Shown in pieces: positions 58,599-64,000 of a DNA stretch of 64,000 nucleotides. The first letter of the stretch is position 1; each line of letters begins with the position of its first letter. A program made the position numbers and the translations under genes. The notes under the pieces are model-generated. The model was not told the origin of the DNA, made no database searches, and saw only the letters and a list, made by a program, of their open reading frames with translations. Where the stretch lies: positions 58,439 through 122,438 of the forward strand of contig JADLGD010000029.1 in assembly GCA_020849495.1 (NCBI GenBank), written 5' to 3'. Origin of the DNA: Fluviicola sp. Its GTDB lineage: Bacteria > Bacteroidota > Bacteroidia > Flavobacteriales_D > Crocinitomicaceae.

Positions 58599-59843
58599 AT
58601 GATAAAGCGAGTTGTAATAACTGGATTGGGAGCACTAACCCCAATTGGAAATGATGTAGATTCATTTTGGAATAATTTAAAAGAAGGAAAAAGTGGTGCT
58701 GGACCGATCACCAAATTCGATGCTTCAAAATTCAAAACCAACTTTGCTTGTGAATTGAAAGATTTTGATGCAAAAGCACACTTTGACGTAAAAGAAATCC
58801 GAAAATACGATCCGTTTAGTCAGTATGCACTGGTTGCTGTAAGACAAGCCGTAGCGGATGGAAACATTGATTTCAGCACCTTGAATAGAGATCGAATTGG
58901 TGTGATTTGGGGTTCAGGAAATGGAGGTATTCAAACGTTTCAAGATCAAATGATCGAGTATTGTGAAGGTGACGGAACACCCCGTTTTACTCCTTTTTTC
59001 ATCCCGCGTATTTTGGTTGACCTTGCCGCAGGAATTATTTCCATGGAATACGGTTTACGAGGTGTAAACTACTGCCCTGTTTCAGCATGTGCTACATCTA
59101 ACACTGCATTGATTGATGCGTTCAACTACATTCGTTGGGGAAAAGCAAACATGATCATCTCTGGAGGTTCTGAAGCAGCAATTACACAAGCAGCAATGGG
59201 AGGTTTTTCTTCTGCTCAAGCTTTGTCAAAACGCAACGATGATCCAACAACCGCTTCTCGCCCATTTGATGTGAATCGAGATGGATTTGTAATGGGAGAA
59301 GGCGCTGGAGCCATTATTTTGGAAGAATACGAACATGCTAAAGCACGCGGTGCTAAAATATACGCTGAAGTTGTAGGAGGTGGAATGGCAGCAGATGCTT
59401 ACCATTTAACAGGAACTCATCCTGAAGGAGATGGAGCAGTTTTAGGAATGGAAGAAGCAATGCGCGAAGCAGAGATTACTCCTGAGCAAATTGATTACAT
59501 CAACATGCATGCAACATCAACTCCACAAGGAGATAAAAGTGAATTGATTGCCGCAAAACGTGTGTTTGGCGAACGCAAATCGTTGAGTATTTCTGGAACA
59601 AAATCCATGACTGGTCACTTATTGGGAGCAGCTGGAGCTGTGGAAGCAATTGCTTGTATCAAAGCGCTTCAAGACAATATTGTTCCACCAACAATCAATA
59701 CAGAAGAAATTGATCCAGAATTTGCGGATTTATTTGATTTCCCACTAGCAAAAGGCAAAGCAAAAAACTTGACTTATGCGATGAGTAACACCTTTGGATT
59801 TGGTGGACACATTGCCAGCGTTATTTTCAAGAAATACGAATAG
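58599..59843 (+). CDS. fabF: 3-oxoacyl-ACP synthase II
   Basis: RVVITGLG, SACAT (Cys), MHATST (His), KSMTGHLLG, SNTFGFGG; TAACTTTG at 58571-58578. Confidence 0.95.
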   Translation: MIKRVVITGLGALTPIGNDVDSFWNNLKEGKSGAGPITKFDASKFKTNFACELKDFDAKAHFDVKEIRKYDPFSQYALVAVRQAVADGNIDFSTLNRDRIGVIWGSGNGGIQTFQDQMIEYCEGDGTPRFTPFFIPRILVDLAAGIISMEYGLRGVNYCPVSACATSNTALIDAFNYIRWGKANMIISGGSEAAITQAAMGGFSSAQALSKRNDDPTTASRPFDVNRDGFVMGEGAGAIILEEYEHAKARGAKIYAEVVGGGMAADAYHLTGTHPEGDGAVLGMEEAMREAEITPEQIDYINMHATSTPQGDKSELIAAKRVFGERKSLSISGTKSMTGHLLGAAGAVEAIACIKALQDNIVPPTINTEEIDPEFADLFDFPLAKGKAKNLTYAMSNTFGFGGHIASVIFKKYE

Positions 59844-59865
59844 AACATTCATCAATAAGAAAACG

Positions 59866-59894
59866 AGGGGTACATTAAAACGTATCCCTTTTTT
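59866..59894 (+). terminator. Terminator after fabF
   Basis: AGGGGTAC...GTATCCCT with a T run. Confidence 0.6.
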
Positions 59895-60732
59895 AATGCA
59901 AAGTCGTTTTAATCCAGCTGCAGAACTTAGCAATGAAAAACTGTAATTCTTCGGAATCTCGCTTTACAGGATGTACCGTGTTTAAAGTGTGTCCAGCTTT
60001 AGGAATAGGTAAAAATCCATTCAGGGAATTGTTTTTATAAATCCAAGAAAAGATGCTTCTTCCATGTTCAAAAGGAACTGATTCATCATCTACAGCATGA
60101 GCAACAAAAATAGGAAGCTCCAATTGTTCAATGGCATGTTCCAAATTCCACAAGGTATCGCTCAACAACGTTTCATTCAAGAATTCTTCTCCTTGAGGTA
60201 AATTTTGATTGGTACGCGGATTCAAACGATAATACACACCGTTTTTCTTCCATTCATCCATGACTTCTTTCGTACGGATGTCTAAGGTTTTTAAGGAGCA
60301 TAAAAATCCCAATCCACTTAAATGCAAGCCGCTTTCTTCAGCCATTTTGGCTGCAAATCCTGCTGAAAAACCACCCATACTATGACCCAACAAATAGGTC
60401 TGTTTTGGTGTTCCGAAAGAGGAATTTTGCTGTATCTGCTGGAGCATAAAGACCAAATCCTCTGCTTCCAAACGGCGACAGTTTTTTGAATAAGCATCCA
60501 AATCATTGAAGACATCACCATCATCTGTGATTCCACAATGGGAATAATTAAAAGCAACACTCGAAATTCCTTGTTGGGCAAAACCTTTCTGTAAGGTAGG
60601 AAACATGCCATAATGGTAAAAGCCATTGTGACCACACGCCAACAAAACCAAAGGAGCAGATGATGATACGATGATTTTTCTTCCTCTCAAAGTCCCATTT
60701 GGGGATGCTATTTCGAATACTTCAGATTCCAT
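59893..60732 (-). CDS. Alpha/beta hydrolase
   Basis: GHSMGG, HAVDDESV, AGHT catalytic triad motifs. Start moved to 60732. Confidence 0.85.
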   Translation of the reverse strand: MESEVFEIASPNGTLRGRKIIVSSSAPLVLLACGHNGFYHYGMFPTLQKGFAQQGISSVAFNYSHCGITDDGDVFNDLDAYSKNCRRLEAEDLVFMLQQIQQNSSFGTPKQTYLLGHSMGGFSAGFAAKMAEESGLHLSGLGFLCSLKTLDIRTKEVMDEWKKNGVYYRLNPRTNQNLPQGEEFLNETLLSDTLWNLEHAIEQLELPIFVAHAVDDESVPFEHGRSIFSWIYKNNSLNGFLPIPKAGHTLNTVHPVKRDSEELQFFIAKFCSWIKTTLH

Positions 60733-60771
60733 TTTAAGTGCTGTTAAAAACGCTACAAACCTACTCAATTC

Positions 60772-61638
60772 CTACATCATACCCACATAACAAACTCCAT
60801 TTCTCCAATAAACCGAAGGAAAAGGAATTTTGATTGCATTCAAGGGTTTGAGTACATTTTTCACCCATTTGCGTTTAATGGGAAGTTGCGCCCAATCAAT
60901 GTCTAAAGATATGGCCCATTCGCGATGAGCGGTATAGTTCATTCCATTAAGTGAATAGGTATTCAAATCACCATTCAACTCTCCATCTATGCTATACCCC
61001 ACTCCTACTTGAATCCACTTGGGGAAGTTACTATCAGAGAAAAAGCTTCCTGGAGCAACACACAACCAATAACTTTGTGCATTGTAATCTTTGAGTAAAC
61101 TTTCAGGGAAGTTACTTCCAAGAACTGTGGGTCTTAGATCTGCATAGGGAGATGGATTGTAGCCAAATTTCAATTGAAACCGTTGTTGATCCCAAGCCAA
61201 TTGCTGACCAATAAACAATCCAGCACCTAGTGTGTTTGCGGTTAAATCAGCCAAAGAAAAGCCCCATTGTGCAGAATATCCATCCATTACTTCGACAGAT
61301 AATTGATACGTCCAAGCGATTCCACCTGATAACCAAATCGCTTTCTTTCGGGGTAATTTAGCCCAACGCCAAGCGGCGTATTCTGCATTGGAAAGGATGT
61401 AAGCGGTGTAAGAATGTCCTACTTTGTCCATTTGCAACCATTCATTGGCATCGTTGAACAAATGAAAATCAGATTTTGGATAATCTTTGTACCAAACCGA
61501 ATTTAACAAAGCGATACTTCCTCCACCTACTACAACGTTTGTTCCTGTAACTAGCCACGAACGTTTATTCCACGAAGAATCCGATTGAGCTAAAACACAA
61601 TTTGTAAAGAGCAATAAAAATAGGAACCACTGTTTCAC
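60772..61638 (-). CDS. DUF2279 / YfiM-like protein
   Basis: MDKVGHSY, EVMDGYSAQWGFSLADL, KDYNAQSYW. Likely GTG start at 61638. Confidence 0.8.
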   Translation of the reverse strand: MKQWFLFLLLFTNCVLAQSDSSWNKRSWLVTGTNVVVGGGSIALLNSVWYKDYPKSDFHLFNDANEWLQMDKVGHSYTAYILSNAEYAAWRWAKLPRKKAIWLSGGIAWTYQLSVEVMDGYSAQWGFSLADLTANTLGAGLFIGQQLAWDQQRFQLKFGYNPSPYADLRPTVLGSNFPESLLKDYNAQSYWLCVAPGSFFSDSNFPKWIQVGVGYSIDGELNGDLNTYSLNGMNYTAHREWAISLDIDWAQLPIKRKWVKNVLKPLNAIKIPFPSVYWRNGVCYVGMM

Positions 61639-61721
61639 AACCGAAAAGTACAATTTATCGTTGAATACCAAAAGTGAGTAAGATCAAGTTGTCTTTGAAT
61701 GTATGCAGGAAAGAGAAACAA

Positions 61722-62462
61722 CTAAAAATGGGTGTTTTTCACATTACTCTGTAACAAATCATGGTAAGCAGTATCCGTCAAATGAGATTCAAGAATCTGC
61801 AAATGTTCAATGCGATGACAATCACTTCCTGCAATATCAATCAAATTGGCTTTCAATAAACGTAGCGCTTGTTTTTTTACACCGGGACCGTAATGACCCG
61901 TAAACGAATTCAAATTCACTTGGATCATACAGCCCAATTCTTTCAAACGCTTAGCCATTTCAATAGAATCATGGTAATACGGGTAGCGTTCAAAATGTGC
62001 AATAACTGGTTGGTAACCCGAAGAGCACAACAAGAACACAAAATCTTCCAGCTGTTGTGGTTCATGTCTAAATGACAACTCAAACAACACGTGATTGCCA
62101 TTGAAAGGAATAAAATCTTTTGATTTGATGCGTTCGAACAAGGTTTCATCTAAAAAATATTCTGCAGAAACCTCTAATTCCATATTGATCCCCAAAGACT
62201 GGATGGTTGCCTTTAATTCATCAAAAGCTGTTCGAATAGTTTCAGACGAATTATCATAGACTCCACTCATTACGTGAGGTGTCATGATCAATTTTTGGTA
62301 GCCCAATTCTTGAAATTTTCGAATCATCCCAATTGAATGATCCACTGTTGGAGCACCATCGTCGATTCCAGGAATCAAATGACTATGAATATCTACACGC
62401 AAATTACCGATTGCAGCAGGCGTGTTGTTTTTACTACTTTTTAGAAAATCAAAAAGACCCAT
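61722..62462 (-). CDS. CpsB/CapC-family (PHP) tyrosine-protein phosphatase
   Basis: DIHSHLIPGIDDGA, TPHV, IAHFERY, GSDCH. Confidence 0.9.
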   Translation of the reverse strand: MGLFDFLKSSKNNTPAAIGNLRVDIHSHLIPGIDDGAPTVDHSIGMIRKFQELGYQKLIMTPHVMSGVYDNSSETIRTAFDELKATIQSLGINMELEVSAEYFLDETLFERIKSKDFIPFNGNHVLFELSFRHEPQQLEDFVFLLCSSGYQPVIAHFERYPYYHDSIEMAKRLKELGCMIQVNLNSFTGHYGPGVKKQALRLLKANLIDIAGSDCHRIEHLQILESHLTDTAYHDLLQSNVKNTHF

Positions 62463-62585
62463 GAGGCAAAGATAATTATTCTAAAAATGGAGTCGTCGAT
62501 TTTAAAAGAAAACAATTGAGGGGTTAGCACCCTATTTTACTAAATCGATAGAGCATACTTTCGTAGAGTGCAAAAACATCGTGCT

Positions 62586-63866
62586 ATGAAACCGTTATTA
62601 CTACTTCTTTTTGTTTGTCAATTGGCAAGCACTTTGATGGGTCAAACTTTTAGTTGGAGTGGATATACAACTGGAAGTATGTCTTATACCACAGGTGCAA
62701 TGTCAGCAACTGTTACTTCTAGTGCACCTGGATTTCAAAACTCCACTCCGAGACATTATGCCGCTGCAACTGTTGGATCTGGACAATGTGGCATTGCAGG
62801 TGGTTTGGCATTAGAACATTTTTTTGGGAATATTACTTCTGCACATGCAACATTGACTTTGAATTTCACTTCAGGAGGTACTACTTCTGGTTTGTGTTCG
62901 GTAATTACTTTCCCAATCAGAGACATTAATTCGGATGAATCCGTTCAAACATTTGCTGATTGGGTGGAGATATCTGCCATAGATGGTAACAATGCAGCGA
63001 TCCCAGTTGCTAGTATAACTGCTACAGGCGGAAGCAATAAAGTTGTCACAACTTCTGGAAGCACTCGTATTATTAAAGGTTATAATAGTAGTGCTTACGG
63101 TTCACGATCAACAACTGCTTGCGACAATATGAACATCACAGTCACTCCACCAACTGGAGTTGCTGTAAAAAGTATTACCATTAAATATCATCCAGATTAC
63201 ACCGCTTCTCCAAGTAATTATTACAATTTCAGTGGTCCTCTGCGTCCAGCTTACCAATACATTAGTATCGGAAGTGTAACGGCTACACCCACTGGTTCTT
63301 GCGTGCCATTACCAGTTGGATTGAGTTCGTTTAGTGCTAAACGCGTTGAACGTGAAGTGGCTTTGAATTGGGTAACAGAAACAGAAGTAAACAACGATTA
63401 CTTCCTCGTACAACGAACAAATGATGGTGAACACTATGAAGACATTGCAACTATTGATGCAAAAGGCAGTCTTTATGCACCAACACAGTATGCTATTTCA
63501 GATGAAAACAGCGCTTTAACAACTAGTTATTACCGTTTGGTCCAAGTTGATAACGACGGAACGCGAACCTATTTTGATTTGGTGAGTGCTAGTCCATTTG
63601 AAACATCCGAATTATTACAGGATGTCTATCCGAATCCGACCAAGCAAATCATCACATATCCTTTGATGAGTGAACAACGACAAACAATCAGTATTTATTT
63701 ATTGGACAATTTAGGTCGAACAATAGAAACGAGAGAACATCAATTAGAGAAAGGAACGTATTTCCCTTACATCGATATGAGTGCTTATAAGGCGGGAACT
63801 TATCAACTCATCGCTATCTCTGAAACAGGAGAAAAAATGGTGAAAATGATTCAAAAAATAGATTAA
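62586..63866 (+). CDS. T9SS type A CTD protein with PLPV-type Ig domain
   Basis: Signal peptide from 62586; PLPVGLSSFSA...W.T.TE.NNDYF.VQR..DG; VYPNPT CTD. Confidence 0.85.
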   Translation: MKPLLLLLFVCQLASTLMGQTFSWSGYTTGSMSYTTGAMSATVTSSAPGFQNSTPRHYAAATVGSGQCGIAGGLALEHFFGNITSAHATLTLNFTSGGTTSGLCSVITFPIRDINSDESVQTFADWVEISAIDGNNAAIPVASITATGGSNKVVTTSGSTRIIKGYNSSAYGSRSTTACDNMNITVTPPTGVAVKSITIKYHPDYTASPSNYYNFSGPLRPAYQYISIGSVTATPTGSCVPLPVGLSSFSAKRVEREVALNWVTETEVNNDYFLVQRTNDGEHYEDIATIDAKGSLYAPTQYAISDENSALTTSYYRLVQVDNDGTRTYFDLVSASPFETSELLQDVYPNPTKQIITYPLMSEQRQTISIYLLDNLGRTIETREHQLEKGTYFPYIDMSAYKAGTYQLIAISETGEKMVKMIQKID

Positions 63867-63925
63867 CCTACCAAAACAACCACCACAATCAAGTTTAGCA
63901 AAAGCAGTTTTAGGTTTAGGTTTAG

Positions 63926-63946
63926 AAGGCTCCTTTTTGGAGCCTT
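63926..63946. terminator. Bidirectional terminator
   Basis: AAGGCTCC-ttttt-GGAGCCTT. Confidence 0.75.
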
Positions 63947-63952
63947 TCTATT

Positions 63953-64000
63953 TTATCTGTCTTTGTACATGGTATTGTAGTAAGCTTGATACGAACCCGA
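63953..64000 (-). CDS. 3' end of a gene running off the window, possibly dTDP-glucose 4,6-dehydratase
   Basis: Reads ...SGSYQAYYNTMYKDR*, resembling the RfbB C-terminus; only 15 codons are visible. Confidence 0.35.
   Translation of the reverse strand, partial: SGSYQAYYNTMYKDR

Noticed and set aside
1-64000. tRNA, rRNA, IS or prophage genes
   Set aside because: No T-loop/anticodon cloverleaf, rRNA-like tract, transposase or phage structural module was recognised. The lone fibre-like gene has a Sec signal and no phage neighbours.

Overview
A 64 kb chromosomal segment from a free-living Bacteroidota bacterium, probably Flavobacteriales. Evidence for this: TAnnTTTG (-7) housekeeping promoters, about ten type IX secretion (T9SS) cargo genes, a PorE-like OmpA protein, and the rpsU-xerC-hpf and purM-prfA synteny. 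Most of the window is housekeeping: rpsU, xerC, hpf, apt, a split methionine-salvage cluster (mtnB/D/C/A), pyrF, prfA, purM, rluD, ddl, ribF, a split SUF cluster and fabF. I found no rRNA, tRNA, CRISPR array, IS element or prophage. The main accessory locus is 10.1-16.1 kb. It is one operon encoding a tail-fibre-like trimeric protein, a T9SS-secreted GxSxG lipase-fold protein, and three paralogous lipoproteins. Two of the lipoproteins share a near-identical N-terminal half but have divergent C-terminal halves, and the second carries a relic of the effector gene's 3' end. This looks like a T9SS lipase effector with an immunity array (inference). Other leads: a lipoprotein / ECF sigma / dual-membrane anti-sigma operon with a recurring CCAACC promoter-like motif and two candidate sRNAs, a J-domain-KTSC fusion beside a DEAD-box helicase, a Tat-signal pirin, three tandem Kelch T9SS proteins, and six probable leaderless genes. 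All family assignments come from motif recognition by eye; no database searches were run. Some start codons were moved from the ORF track where promoter, coupling or signal-peptide evidence supports it.
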